Below are positions 8,677 through 19,156 of a DNA stretch of 64,000 bases, one piece after another; position 1 is the stretch's first letter, and each line of letters begins with the position of its first letter. A program made the translations under genes and the position numbers. The notes under the pieces are model-generated. The model searched no databases. It saw only the letters and a program-made list of their open reading frames with translations, and was not told where the DNA came from. This DNA comes from Lachnospiraceae bacterium (GTDB lineage Bacteria; Bacillota; Clostridia; Lachnospirales; Lachnospiraceae), in the NCBI GenBank assembly GCA_024684675.1, contig JAIKWO010000134.1, forward strand, positions 920 through 64,919. The letters run 5' to 3'.

Positions 8677-9357
8677 ATGAGAACATATCTTTCGTACATT
8701 TTGGATCCGAAGTATCTCGTATGGCCGGGTGAGCCGAACATTGAGATCACGCATTGCACCGAGATCAAAGGTGATTGTAATTACAACTCGTTTTGTTCGG
8801 TACTTCCGAATCACTGCGGGACACATTACGACGGTCCATGGCATTTCAATCCGAACGGCGTGAAGCTGACAGAACTTCCGCTTGATTACTTCTGGTTCGA
8901 CAAAGTGGCTGTAGTGGATGTACATAAAGAGCCGGAAGAAGGCGTGATGCCTGCGGATTTGGAACCTTTCAGGGAAGAGATCGCAAACGCACAGCTTCTC
9001 CTGATCAAAACCGGGTTTGCTTTTGTCAGGGAAGAGCAGCCGGAAGTATACCAGAAGCGCGGACCGTATCTTTCACCGGAAGTCGCGACATATCTGGTAG
9101 AGCAGTTCCCGAATCTGCGAACGGTTGGATTTGACTTCCTGTCGATCGGATCACCTTGCAACACGTTATCGGCAGAATCACATCAGATCCTTTTGGGATG
9201 CCATTCCGATCATTTCGTAACAGGAATCGAAGACATGGATCTTCGTCCTTTATATGAGAATAAAGGCAAAGTGAAGCAGGTGATCGCAGCACCGCTTCGA
9301 ATCGTGGGGTATGACAGTTCCCAGGTTTGCGTGATCGCAGAGCTGGAAGATAGATGA
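8677..9357 (+). CDS. Cyclase (kynurenine formamidase-like) family metal-dependent hydrolase
   Basis: HCGTHYDGPWHF matches the HxGTHxDxPxH signature; also LLIKTG, VGFDFLS, H-x-x-LL, IEDM, APL. Confidence 0.88.
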   Translation: MRTYLSYILDPKYLVWPGEPNIEITHCTEIKGDCNYNSFCSVLPNHCGTHYDGPWHFNPNGVKLTELPLDYFWFDKVAVVDVHKEPEEGVMPADLEPFREEIANAQLLLIKTGFAFVREEQPEVYQKRGPYLSPEVATYLVEQFPNLRTVGFDFLSIGSPCNTLSAESHQILLGCHSDHFVTGIEDMDLRPLYENKGKVKQVIAAPLRIVGYDSSQVCVIAELEDR

Positions 9358-9414
9358 TCAATCACCTGATGGGGTTGAGATAAAAAACTATTCAATATTT
9401 TTAAGGAGGGAAAC

Positions 9415-10458
9415 ATGAAAAAGAAGTTACTCGCAACATTACTTACGGCAGCTATGACAGCAACGCTTCTCGTTGGCTGTGGCGGATCCGCTGAAGAAGC
9501 AGCAGCTCCCGCAGCAGACGCAGCTCCTGCAGCAGCAGAAGAAAAAGCAGAAGCTCCCGCAGCAGATGCAGCAGACGCAGGTTCCGGCACATTGAAGATC
9601 GGCTTCAGCCAGTACGCATCTTACAACAACTGGCGTGTAACCAACACGGACGACATCAACCGTGCGCTGAATGAGCAGGGTTGGAACGTAATTTTTGCTG
9701 ATGCAAACGATGATACAGCACAGCAGATCTCCGATCTGGAAGACATGATCGCTCAGAAACCGGATTACATCGTTCTTGCTCCTCGTGAAGAGGAAGGCTA
9801 TGCGAACGTTTTGGAAGAAGCAAAAGAAGCAGGCATCAAGGTTATCCTTTTTGACCGTCTTGCAAAAGATGCTCCTTACGATGTTCTGATCCAGGGCGAC
9901 TATGTTCTGGAAGGCGAGAATGTAGGTCAGGCTGTTGTTGATACTTTCGGCGAAGACAAAGAGATCAACATCGTTGAGCTTACAGGTACACCCGGTGCTG
10001 ACGTTACAGCACAGCGTTCCGAAGGTTTCATGAACGTGATCAGCAAGCACCCGAACTACAAGATCCTTGCTTCTCAGGTTGGTAACTTCTCTCGTACAGA
10101 GTCTCAGACAGCAATGGAGAACCTGATCCAGTCCTATGGCGACAAGATTGATGTTGTTTATGCACACTCCGATGACAACGGTATCGGCGCGATCAATGCG
10201 ATCGAAGCAGCAGGCCTTAAGGCAGGAGAAGATATCCAGGTATTCGGCGTTGACGGTACAAAAGACGGCCTTCAGGCAATTATCGACGGCAAAATGAAAG
10301 CTACATACCTTTGCAACCCGTTCTACGGCGATGCAATCGTTGGCCTTATCAAAGACCTTGAGTCCGGCAAGACCTTCAGCGACAGAGTAATCCTTGAAGG
10401 TAAGGTTTACAACATCGACAACGCACAGGCATCTCTTGATGCAGGCGAAGGTTTCTAA
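9415..10458 (+). CDS. Sugar ABC transporter (CUT2) substrate-binding lipoprotein, YtfQ-like
   Basis: Lipobox LLVGC, Ala/Glu/Pro linker, IGFSQ...WR, LFDR, GTPG...R, VYAHSDD, GVDG. Confidence 0.9.
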   Translation: MKKKLLATLLTAAMTATLLVGCGGSAEEAAAPAADAAPAAAEEKAEAPAADAADAGSGTLKIGFSQYASYNNWRVTNTDDINRALNEQGWNVIFADANDDTAQQISDLEDMIAQKPDYIVLAPREEEGYANVLEEAKEAGIKVILFDRLAKDAPYDVLIQGDYVLEGENVGQAVVDTFGEDKEINIVELTGTPGADVTAQRSEGFMNVISKHPNYKILASQVGNFSRTESQTAMENLIQSYGDKIDVVYAHSDDNGIGAINAIEAAGLKAGEDIQVFGVDGTKDGLQAIIDGKMKATYLCNPFYGDAIVGLIKDLESGKTFSDRVILEGKVYNIDNAQASLDAGEGF

Positions 10459-10505
10459 TCCGAACCGAAGACGATACAAGCATGTAATATTGATACTGAA
10501 AGGTG

Positions 10506-10533
10506 GGAGGCGCCTTTAAGCGCCTCCTCTTTT
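10506..10533 (+). terminator. Stem-loop after the SBP gene (partial terminator or mRNA stabiliser)
   Basis: GGAGGCGC / GCGCCTCC stem followed by TCTTTT. Confidence 0.6.
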
Positions 10534-10549
10534 AGAACAGGGAAAAAAT

Positions 10550-12079
10550 ATGGAAAACAATTATCTTCTTGAAATCAAACAGCTTGATAAGCAGTTTACA
10601 GGCGTACATGCATTGGATCATGTCGACTTTGCGGTCGGAAAAGGCGAGATCCATGCACTTATGGGGGAAAATGGTGCAGGAAAGTCTACGCTGATCAAGG
10701 TGTTGACGGGACTCTATTCCAAGGATTCGGGCGAGATCATTTTTGACGGTAAGGAATGCAATTTCCATACGCCGCAGGATTCGCAAAATGCCGGCATCAG
10801 TACGATCTATCAGGAGATCAACCTGATTCCGCACCTGTCTGTCGCAGAGAATATCTTTCTTGGCAGGGAACCCAGAAATGCATTCGGCATCGACTGGAAA
10901 ACTGTGCGTGAACAAGCGAAAAAACTCCTTTTGGACAACGGAATTGATATCGATGTGGATCAGGATCTTGCGACATATTCGACGGCGATCCAGCAGATGG
11001 TGGCAATCACCAGAGCGATCTCCCAGAACGCAAAATTGCTGATCATGGATGAGCCCACCTCGTCTCTTGCAAACGATGAAATCCAGGTTATGTTCGAAAA
11101 AATGCGCGAGCTCGTGGCCAAAGGAATGTCGATCATTTTTATCAGCCACAAGCTTGACGAAGTATATACGATCTGTAACAGAGCGACCATTTTGAAAGAC
11201 GGTAAATTGGTCGGCAGCTATGATATTGACAAAATCAGCAGACTGGAAATGGTCTCCAAAATGATCGGCCGCGATGCGAGCAACGTACTTAAGCGTAACG
11301 TTGGCGAGTATACCGCCGCAGGTGACGCAGTTCCGGTGCTTCATACACATAATATTGACAACAGGGTAAAACTGCACGGTGTATCCATTGATATCCGTCC
11401 CGGCGAGATCGTCGGCGTGGCGGGTCTTCTTGGTGCCGGCAAGACAGAATTTGCAAAAGTCGTGTTTGGCTGTGACAACACCTACACGGGCGAATATGAA
11501 GTGGAAGGAAAGCCGGTTCGATTAAAGACACCGAAGGGTGCGATCGACCTCGGCTTTGCATACTGCTCCGAAGACCGTAAGGTGGAGGGTATCTTCCCGC
11601 ACATGTCCGTTAAAGAGAACATGACGATCACGGCGTTGCCGCATATTTCGCGGTTCGGTGTCGTGAACAGACGCAAGCAGAATGAGATCGTTGATCAATA
11701 TATCCGTTCCATCAACATCAAGACGCCAAGTCCTGATCAGCTGATCTGTAATCTTTCGGGCGGCAACCAGCAGAAAGTTCTTTTGGGCCGCTGGCTTTCC
11801 ATGGATCCGAAGCTGATCATTTTGGATGAGCCGACCCGTGGTATCGATGTAGGTGCAAAAGCTGAGATAGAGGCGCTGATCAAGCAGTTCTCCGAAAACG
11901 GCATCAGTGTGCTCTACATCTCATCCGAGCTTGAGGAGCTGATCCGTAACTGCTACCGCGTAGTGATCATCCACGACGGTAAGAATTCCGGAGAGGTTCG
12001 TGGCGAAGATATCACGGAAGAGAACATTATGAGATTTATCGCAAAGAATACGAAGGAAACGGAGGCGTCTCATGGCTGA
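10550..12079 (+). CDS. Sugar ABC transporter ATP-binding protein (tandem NBD, RbsA/MglA type)
   Basis: GENGAGKST, LIMDEPT, LSGGNQQK, LDEPTRGIDVGAK. Confidence 0.95.
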   Translation: MENNYLLEIKQLDKQFTGVHALDHVDFAVGKGEIHALMGENGAGKSTLIKVLTGLYSKDSGEIIFDGKECNFHTPQDSQNAGISTIYQEINLIPHLSVAENIFLGREPRNAFGIDWKTVREQAKKLLLDNGIDIDVDQDLATYSTAIQQMVAITRAISQNAKLLIMDEPTSSLANDEIQVMFEKMRELVAKGMSIIFISHKLDEVYTICNRATILKDGKLVGSYDIDKISRLEMVSKMIGRDASNVLKRNVGEYTAAGDAVPVLHTHNIDNRVKLHGVSIDIRPGEIVGVAGLLGAGKTEFAKVVFGCDNTYTGEYEVEGKPVRLKTPKGAIDLGFAYCSEDRKVEGIFPHMSVKENMTITALPHISRFGVVNRRKQNEIVDQYIRSINIKTPSPDQLICNLSGGNQQKVLLGRWLSMDPKLIILDEPTRGIDVGAKAEIEALIKQFSENGISVLYISSELEELIRNCYRVVIIHDGKNSGEVRGEDITEENIMRFIAKNTKETEASHG

Positions 12080-13055
12080 AAGTAAGATCAGAACGCAGGC
12101 TTCCATGTCTGCAGTGAATGAGCATATCAGAAAATTCGGCGCGGTATACGCATTCCTTCTTCTCGTGATCCTGAATGCGATATCGAACGAAAACTTTTTT
12201 ACCGTTAACACCATGTGGAACCTGCTGATCCAGTCGTTCCCGATCATCATCACCGCGCTCGGTATGCTTTTTGTCATCTCCAGTGGCGGTATCGATGTAT
12301 CTGTGGGTTCGGTTATGGCAGTGGCAGGTGCGCTCAACGCAGTCATCATGAACGGCATTTATCAGGCTTTTCCCAAAAGCCTGTCACTGGGGCTATTCAT
12401 GGCACTTGCGGTATCGATCCTGTTTGGTGCATTTAACGGGTTTATGATCTCTGTATTTAAGATGCAGCCGATCATTGTAACACTTACAACATACATTATT
12501 GCAAGAGGCTTCACACAGCTGATCGCAAACGGCAAGATCTTGTCGTTCTCGGGTACGCCGTTCAACGAAGTCGGCGTCATGAGACTGCCCGGCAACGTGC
12601 CGATTCAGTTCGTGATCGAAGTCGTTTTCGTAGCGATTGCTGCTTTTATCATCAAGCGTACGGTATTCGGTTATCAGGTTCAGGCCATCGGTGAAAATCC
12701 GCAGGCCGCACGACTTTGCGGTATCCGTACGACCAGAGTGCAGATCTTTGTTTACATGATCAGTGCATTCATTGCGGCAATTGCAGGTCTTCTGGTTTCA
12801 TCAAGAACCAGTGCCGCTGACCCCACAAACCTTGGTGCATTAGCGGAAATGGATGCCATCGCGGCAGTTGCGATCGGCGGCACATCCATGTCAGGTGGTA
12901 AAGCAAAGATCCTGACAACCGTTATCAGCGCGATGATCATCCAGCTCATCACGATCACCATCAATATGAATAATATCCACTATGCGTATGCCCGTGTTAT
13001 GAAGGGCCTCATCATTATCATAGCGGTATTTATTCAGCAGGAAAAGAAACGGTAA
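12072..13055 (+). CDS. Sugar ABC transporter permease
   Basis: GGIDVSVGS, AIGEN...ARLCGI, EMDAIAAVAIGGT. Confidence 0.93.
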   Translation: MAESKIRTQASMSAVNEHIRKFGAVYAFLLLVILNAISNENFFTVNTMWNLLIQSFPIIITALGMLFVISSGGIDVSVGSVMAVAGALNAVIMNGIYQAFPKSLSLGLFMALAVSILFGAFNGFMISVFKMQPIIVTLTTYIIARGFTQLIANGKILSFSGTPFNEVGVMRLPGNVPIQFVIEVVFVAIAAFIIKRTVFGYQVQAIGENPQAARLCGIRTTRVQIFVYMISAFIAAIAGLLVSSRTSAADPTNLGALAEMDAIAAVAIGGTSMSGGKAKILTTVISAMIIQLITITINMNNIHYAYARVMKGLIIIIAVFIQQEKKR

Positions 13056-13071
13056 GGGGGGTGCAGAAGAC

Positions 13072-14025
13072 ATGACGAATGTGAAAAAGTTTTTCTCCAG
13101 ACAAAGCGCCCTTGCTGCACTGATCATTATCTTTGTGATCGCAGCGATCCGTTATGAAGATTTCCACAACTGGACGAATATTTACAACCTTTTAAGACAA
13201 AACTCGATGATCGGTCTGATCGCTGTGGCGATGACGATGGTCATCTTAACCGGCGGTATCGACCTTTCGGTCGGCGCGATCTGCTCCATGATCTCGGTTA
13301 TCTCGGCATACTTAAGTATCACAGAGAATCCGCTGATGATCCTGGTGTTCCCGCTTTGCGTCGGTACGCTGTTCGGCTTTATGAACGGCTTCGTTATTAC
13401 AAAAATGCGCGTCGCGCCGATCATTTCATCTCTCGGTTTTCAGTTGATCGCAAGAGGTATCTCGCTTGTTATGACGAGCGGTGAGACGATGCATATCTCC
13501 GGAACGGCCGCAAAATGGCTTCCGAAACTGTCCAAGATCGCGGTGGGACCGTTCCCGCTGATCTTCCTGATCTTTCTGGTATTTGCACTGATCTTCATCT
13601 ATGTGCTTCGCTTCAGAAAGTTCGGACGCGAGATCTACGCAGTAGGCGGCAACGAAGCGGCGGCGCAGATGATGGGTATCCGTGTTGACCGAATCAAGAT
13701 TGCGGTTTACACGATCTCCGGCTTTGCTTCCGCACTGGCGGGTCTGATCCTGGTATCCAGAGCGGCGACAGGTCAGCCTGTTGCGTGTGACGGCTGGGAG
13801 ATGGATGCGATCGCTTCCGTTGCGATCGGCGGTACATCGCTTGCGGGCGGTACCGGCAAGATTGAGACAACGATCTACGGTGTATTCATCCTGGCGATCA
13901 TCGGCAATATGATCAATCTGCAAGGCAATATCAATTCCTGGTGGCAGCAGATCATCAGCGGACTTCTTCTCGTAGTCGTACTGATGGTACAGGTGATTGC
14001 TTTCTGGAGGAAGAGCAAGGCTTAA
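13072..14025 (+). CDS. Sugar ABC transporter permease (second subunit)
   Basis: GGIDLSVG, YAVGGNEAAAQMMGI, EMDAIASVAIGGT. Confidence 0.93.
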   Translation: MTNVKKFFSRQSALAALIIIFVIAAIRYEDFHNWTNIYNLLRQNSMIGLIAVAMTMVILTGGIDLSVGAICSMISVISAYLSITENPLMILVFPLCVGTLFGFMNGFVITKMRVAPIISSLGFQLIARGISLVMTSGETMHISGTAAKWLPKLSKIAVGPFPLIFLIFLVFALIFIYVLRFRKFGREIYAVGGNEAAAQMMGIRVDRIKIAVYTISGFASALAGLILVSRAATGQPVACDGWEMDAIASVAIGGTSLAGGTGKIETTIYGVFILAIIGNMINLQGNINSWWQQIISGLLLVVVLMVQVIAFWRKSKA

Positions 14026-14039
14026 GGGGGATTTGAATA

Positions 14040-14675
14040 ATGGATATGCGCAAAGTAGTTCTGGACAATCCTCTTTTGGCGATCATGCGCAACGTGCCGG
14101 TCGAAAAAACGATCGACTACGCGGAAACGATCGTTCAGGGGGGATGCAAATTTTTTGAAGTGGCTATGAACTCGCCGGCTGCCTGCGAGCAGATCCGTAT
14201 GCTCAGAGACCATTTCTCGGATGATGTGTTCATCGGCGCAGGCACTGCCATCACGGTTGATCTGGTGAAGGCTGCCGTGTCCGCGGGTGCACAGTTTTTA
14301 CTGACTCCTTCTACAGACAGAGAAGTCGTTCTCTACTGTGAAGAAAACAAAATTTCGCTCATCCCGGGTGTGATGACACCGACAGATGTCAGCTTCTGCC
14401 TGGAGCATGGATTTACAACGCTCAAGATGTTTCCGGCGGGAGATCTTCCGGCTACCTATGTAAAAAGCCTGAAAGGGCCTTTGGATGGCGCGGAATACAT
14501 TGCGATCGGCGGCGTAACACCGGACAACATTGCCGACTTTTTCAAGAACGGCTATATTGGTGTCGGGCTTGGCAGCGCAATCCTGCCGAAGAAATTTGTG
14601 GAAGAGAATCGTTGGGATGAAGGCAAAGCTTATGTAGCGGATCTGATCCGTCGCATTAAGGAAGCCGGAAAGTAA
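14040..14675 (+). CDS. KDPG/KDPGal (Eda/DgoA-type) aldolase
   Basis: [20 protein letters not shown], Schiff-base LKMFPA, IGGV. Confidence 0.88.
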   Translation: MDMRKVVLDNPLLAIMRNVPVEKTIDYAETIVQGGCKFFEVAMNSPAACEQIRMLRDHFSDDVFIGAGTAITVDLVKAAVSAGAQFLLTPSTDREVVLYCEENKISLIPGVMTPTDVSFCLEHGFTTLKMFPAGDLPATYVKSLKGPLDGAEYIAIGGVTPDNIADFFKNGYIGVGLGSAILPKKFVEENRWDEGKAYVADLIRRIKEAGK

Positions 14676-14683
14676 GGGTCGAT

Positions 14684-15832
14684 ATGAAGATTACGGAAGT
14701 CAATACATATTTTGTGCGTCCGAGATGGGGTTTTGTTGAGATCATAACGGACGATGGCTATTCGGGATGGGGCGAAGCAGTATTGGAAGGTCACTGCGAT
14801 GCGGTGCTTGCCTGCGTACAAGAGTATAAGCCCTACCTTGTGGGACAGGATCCTTCGAGGATCGAAGATATTTCGGCAACGATTTACCGAGCAGGATTTT
14901 ATCGTGGCGGCGGCGTGCTCATGAGCGCGCTTGCCGGCATTGACCAGGCGCTTTGGGACATCAAGGGAAAAGTATTCGGTGTGCCGGCATACGAACTCAT
15001 GGGCGGTGCTTGCAGAGACCGTATGAAAGTGTATTCCTGGATCGGCGGTGATCGTCCTTCCGATGTCGGAGCTGCGGCAAAAGAGAAAAAGGATGCCGGC
15101 TTCTCCGCGATCAAGATGAATGCAACGGAAGAGCTTCAGATGATCGATACCTATGATAAAGTCGATGCTGTTTTGGAGCGTGTTGCGGCGATCAGAGAGA
15201 GCTGCGGCAAATACTTTGGCATTGCGATCGATTTTCACGGGCGCGTACATAAGCCGATGGCAAAAGTACTTGCGAAAAAGCTTGAAGAGTTCGACCCGAT
15301 GTTCATTGAAGAGCCTGTTCTCTGCGAAAACATGGAAGTGTTCAAGGAGATCGCGGCCGCATGTAATATTCCGATCGCAACCGGTGAGCGACTTTTTACA
15401 AAGTATGATTTCAAGCGTCTGTTGCAGGCAGGCGGTGTGGATATCATCCAGCCGGATCTGTCGCATGCGGGGGGCTTAACGGAAGTTAAGAAGATCGCGG
15501 CGATGGCGGAAGCGTATGATGTGGCACTTGCGCCGCACTGTCCGCTCGGTCCGATCGCATTGGCGGCGTGCTTGAATATCGATGCAACCTGCTATAATGC
15601 GGTTATACAGGAACAGAGCATCGGTATCCATTATAATGTAGGCAAGAGCGTATTGGATTATGCATTAAATAAAGAAGATTTCGAGTTCGTTGACGGGTGC
15701 GTCGCGTTGCCGAAGAAGCCGGGTCTTGGCGTTGAGGTTAACAAGGAACTCGTTATTGAGGAAAACAAAACGCCGCATCAGTGGAAGAATCCGGTATGGA
15801 GACATGCAGACGGTTCTGTTGCTGAGTGGTAG
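14684..15832 (+). CDS. dgoD: Galactonate dehydratase (enolase superfamily)
   Basis: PRW...[60 protein letters not shown], and the DGSVAEW end typical of DgoD. Confidence 0.92.
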   Translation: MKITEVNTYFVRPRWGFVEIITDDGYSGWGEAVLEGHCDAVLACVQEYKPYLVGQDPSRIEDISATIYRAGFYRGGGVLMSALAGIDQALWDIKGKVFGVPAYELMGGACRDRMKVYSWIGGDRPSDVGAAAKEKKDAGFSAIKMNATEELQMIDTYDKVDAVLERVAAIRESCGKYFGIAIDFHGRVHKPMAKVLAKKLEEFDPMFIEEPVLCENMEVFKEIAAACNIPIATGERLFTKYDFKRLLQAGGVDIIQPDLSHAGGLTEVKKIAAMAEAYDVALAPHCPLGPIALAACLNIDATCYNAVIQEQSIGIHYNVGKSVLDYALNKEDFEFVDGCVALPKKPGLGVEVNKELVIEENKTPHQWKNPVWRHADGSVAEW

Positions 15833-15856
15833 AATCAAGTTTAGGGGGGAAAACAG

Positions 15857-16882
15857 ATGAAAGCATTGGTTTACGAAGGACCGAACAAATTAAACTACAC
15901 GGATGTTCCGGATGTTAAGCCGGAAAAGGGCGAAGTAAAGCTTCGTATCAAAGCCTGCGGTATCTGCGGCAGTGACGTTGCAGGTTATCAGGGGCTGACA
16001 GGACGTCGTATCGAGCCCATGATCATGGGTCATGAGTTCTGCGGTGAGGTTACGGAGTGTGCGGAAGGGGTCAAAGACCTGAAAATTGGGGATCGCGTTG
16101 CCGTATATCCTGTTAATTTCTGTGGTGAGTGCGAGATGTGTAAGAAGGGCGATGTACATCTGTGCCTCAACAAGCGCTCTTACGGCGTTTTGGCTGAGAA
16201 CGGTGCATTTGCGGAATATCTTTGCGTACCGGAGAAATGCTGCTTCCCTGTAGCACCCGGCGTATCACCCGTGATCGGTTCTTTGATGGAGCCTCTTGCA
16301 GTATCTTACCGTGGCGTCGGCCATTTGGGCGATCTTACCGGTAAGTCGGTATTCCTTGCAGGAACCGGTACGATCGGTCTTCTTGCAATGGTATGTGCGA
16401 AGATCAAAGGCGCATCCAAGATCTTCGTATCCGATATGGATGATGAAAGACTGCAGGTTGCCAAGGATCTTGGCGCTGACATTGTCATCAATCCGAGCAA
16501 AGAGGATCCTAAGGAAGTTGTATTGCAGCATACGAACGGCATGGGCGTTGACTGTGGTATTGAAGCGGTCGGCATCGCACCTACTGTACAGCAGGTTATG
16601 TCCGTTCTTCGCTTTGGCGGTAAGGCCGTATGGATCGGCAATAACCGCAAGATGATCGAGATGAATATGCAGGAAGTGGTTACACGAGAACTCAAAATTG
16701 ACGGTTCCTTCCTGTACGGCTACAAAGAGTTTAAAGAAGTTGTTGATCTTCTGAACGAAGGCAAGCTTGATGTGAAGCCGCTCATCTCCAAAGAGATTCA
16801 TCTGGATGAAGCGATCAAGTACTTTGAAAAACTGAAAAACCACGAAGATAACCTGATCAAGGTTGTTGTTGTGGATGACTAA
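15857..16882 (+). CDS. Zn-dependent medium-chain sugar/polyol or aldonate dehydrogenase
   Basis: CGICGSD, GHE, structural Zn site C-x2-C-x2-C-x7-C, EPL, GTGTIG. Confidence 0.88.
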   Translation: MKALVYEGPNKLNYTDVPDVKPEKGEVKLRIKACGICGSDVAGYQGLTGRRIEPMIMGHEFCGEVTECAEGVKDLKIGDRVAVYPVNFCGECEMCKKGDVHLCLNKRSYGVLAENGAFAEYLCVPEKCCFPVAPGVSPVIGSLMEPLAVSYRGVGHLGDLTGKSVFLAGTGTIGLLAMVCAKIKGASKIFVSDMDDERLQVAKDLGADIVINPSKEDPKEVVLQHTNGMGVDCGIEAVGIAPTVQQVMSVLRFGGKAVWIGNNRKMIEMNMQEVVTRELKIDGSFLYGYKEFKEVVDLLNEGKLDVKPLISKEIHLDEAIKYFEKLKNHEDNLIKVVVVDD

Positions 16883-16928
16883 AGCCGGCTCTGATAATCG
16901 GCAATGCCGGCAGGAAGCAGGTATTTCT

Positions 16929-17951
16929 ATGGCAAAAATAATCACATTTGGAGAGATCATGATGCGCCTCAACCCCGAGGGGTATCGTAGAATTGTACAG
17001 GCTGATCGATTTGAGGCGAGTTATGCCGGCGGCGAGGCCAATGTGGCCGTATCGCTGGCACAATACGGAGAGACGGTATCTTTTGTCAGCAAGATTCCGA
17101 CTCACGAGGTGGGGCAGGCCTGCGTCAATTCCCTTCGGCGGTATGGCGTCGGCACGGAGTATATCGTTCGTGGCGGCGACCGCCTCGGCATCTATTTTGT
17201 TGAAAAGGGAGCTTCCCAGAGAGCTTCCAAGGTCATTTATGACCGTGCAAATTCCGCGATCGCACTTGCGAAAAAGACGGAATTTGACTGGTCTTCTATC
17301 TTTGAAGGAGTCACCTGGTTCCACTGGACAGGGATCACACCGGCGCTTGGCGGTGATCTTCCCGAGATCTGTCTGGAAGCTTGTAAGGCGGCAAAAGAGC
17401 GCGGCGTTACGATCAGCTGCGATCTGAATTACAGGAAGAAACTCTGGAGCCGCGAGGAAGCACAGAAGACCATGGAGAAGCTGATCCCGTATGTGGATGT
17501 CTGCATCGCCAACGAGGAGGATGCGGCAGACGTATTCGGCATTCGTGCTTCCGATACGGATATTGATTCCGGTAAGCTTTCCAAGGAAGGTTATATCAGC
17601 GTTGCAAAGCAGATCTGCGAAAAGTACGGTTGCAAGAAAGTAGCCATCACACTTCGAAGCAGCATTTCTGCAACGATCAACAATTGGGCAGGGATGCTCT
17701 TTGACGGGAAGGAAGCATTTTTCTCAAAAGAGTATTCGATCCACATCGTAGACCGCGTGGGTGGCGGCGACAGCTTCGGCGGCGCACTGATCCATTCGCA
17801 GGTACAGGGATGGGATTCCCAAAAGTCTATTGAATTTGCGGTTGCGGCATCCTGCCTGAAACACACGATCGAGCAGGACTACAACCTCGTCAGCGAGGCG
17901 GAAGTGGAAGCGCTCGCGGGCGGAAGCGGCTCGGGCCGCGTACAACGATAA
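16929..17951 (+). CDS. kdgK: PfkB-family 2-keto-3-deoxy-sugar acid kinase (KdgK-like)
   Basis: FGEIMMRL, GGEANVA, YDRA, DLNYRKKLW, ANEED, DRVGGGDSF, SGRVQR. Start set at ATG 16929. Confidence 0.85.
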   Translation: MAKIITFGEIMMRLNPEGYRRIVQADRFEASYAGGEANVAVSLAQYGETVSFVSKIPTHEVGQACVNSLRRYGVGTEYIVRGGDRLGIYFVEKGASQRASKVIYDRANSAIALAKKTEFDWSSIFEGVTWFHWTGITPALGGDLPEICLEACKAAKERGVTISCDLNYRKKLWSREEAQKTMEKLIPYVDVCIANEEDAADVFGIRASDTDIDSGKLSKEGYISVAKQICEKYGCKKVAITLRSSISATINNWAGMLFDGKEAFFSKEYSIHIVDRVGGGDSFGGALIHSQVQGWDSQKSIEFAVAASCLKHTIEQDYNLVSEAEVEALAGGSGSGRVQR

Positions 17952-17976
17952 AAGAAGCAAGAAAGGAAGACTGATT

Positions 17977-19122
17977 ATGAAACTGCTATTTGCTTCGGAT
18001 TCCTTTAAGGGGAGTCTGACCAGCGAACAAACGATTGAACTGCTTACGAAAGCGGCTCATGAAGTGTTTGGAGACTGTGAGACTTCCGGCGTTCCCGTTG
18101 CAGATGGCGGCGAGGGAACGGCCAGCGCGATCGTTACGGCGATGAAGGGCAACCTGATAAAATGCAATGTGCACGGACCTCTGATGGAGACTGTTGAGGC
18201 AAGCTACGGTGTATTTGACGGGGATAAAGCCGTAATCGAGATGTCGGCCGCTTCCGGTCTTCCGCTTGTTCCTTTTGAGAAGCGCAATCCGATGAACACG
18301 ACGACATACGGAACGGGTGAGATGATCCTGAATGCGCTTGAATTGGGGTACAGAAATTTGTCCATTGCAATCGGCGGTTCCGCAACAAATGACGGCGGCA
18401 TGGGGTGCGCACGAGCACTTGGCGTGCGATTCCTTGATGAAAGCGGAAATGAGCTCGAAGGATTCGGTAAAGATCTTATTCGTGTGCGTTCGATCGATAC
18501 TTCAGGCCTTGATAAACGCTTAAATGACTGCACGATCACGGTCATGTGTGATGTGACCAATCCGCTTTGCGGGAAAGATGGGGCAACATGGACATTTGGG
18601 GCACAGAAGGGCGCATCACGTGAGATTCAGGAAGAGCTTGAAAAGGGCATGTGCAACTACCGCGATGTGATCTTTGAAAGCTTCGGCATTGACTGCGACA
18701 AGATGCAGGGTGCCGGCGCGGCAGGCGGACTTGGCGCGGCGCTTTCGGTATTTTTAAACGGTACCATGAAATCCGGTATTGAAGCCGTACTTGATCTGAT
18801 CAGATTTGACGAGCGTCTGGACGGCGTTGATCTGATCGTAACAGGGGAAGGCCGGACAGACTGGCAGAGCTGTTTTGGAAAAGTCATGCAGGGCATCGGC
18901 GTTCGCGCAAAGAATCACGGCATCCCCGTTTTAGGGCTTTCCGGTTCGCTTGGTAAGGATGCGATGGATATCTGTAATTATGGGATTTCATCTCTGATGA
19001 CAACGGTGAACGCACCGATGTCGCTGGAAGAGGCGCTTCAGAATGCGGAGTCACTTTATTATGAAGGTGCACTTCGGATGTTCCGGTTCGTGAAGGCGGG
19101 CATGGAATGTAATAAGAATTAG
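17977..19122 (+). CDS. Glycerate kinase (GarK/GlxK family)
   Basis: DSFKGSL, ADGGEG, GGSATNDGG, CDVTNPL, FGAQKGA, GAAGG, TGEGR-x-D-x-QS. Confidence 0.93.
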   Translation: MKLLFASDSFKGSLTSEQTIELLTKAAHEVFGDCETSGVPVADGGEGTASAIVTAMKGNLIKCNVHGPLMETVEASYGVFDGDKAVIEMSAASGLPLVPFEKRNPMNTTTYGTGEMILNALELGYRNLSIAIGGSATNDGGMGCARALGVRFLDESGNELEGFGKDLIRVRSIDTSGLDKRLNDCTITVMCDVTNPLCGKDGATWTFGAQKGASREIQEELEKGMCNYRDVIFESFGIDCDKMQGAGAAGGLGAALSVFLNGTMKSGIEAVLDLIRFDERLDGVDLIVTGEGRTDWQSCFGKVMQGIGVRAKNHGIPVLGLSGSLGKDAMDICNYGISSLMTTVNAPMSLEEALQNAESLYYEGALRMFRFVKAGMECNKN

Positions 19123-19156
19123 ATTTTGTAATACTCTTGTTTTTTGTTTTTGATTT

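Noticed and set aside
5214..10479. Long antisense ORFs (5214..5894, 6613..7533, 9439..10479)
   Set aside because: Each lies opposite a well-supported gene; expected from codon bias.
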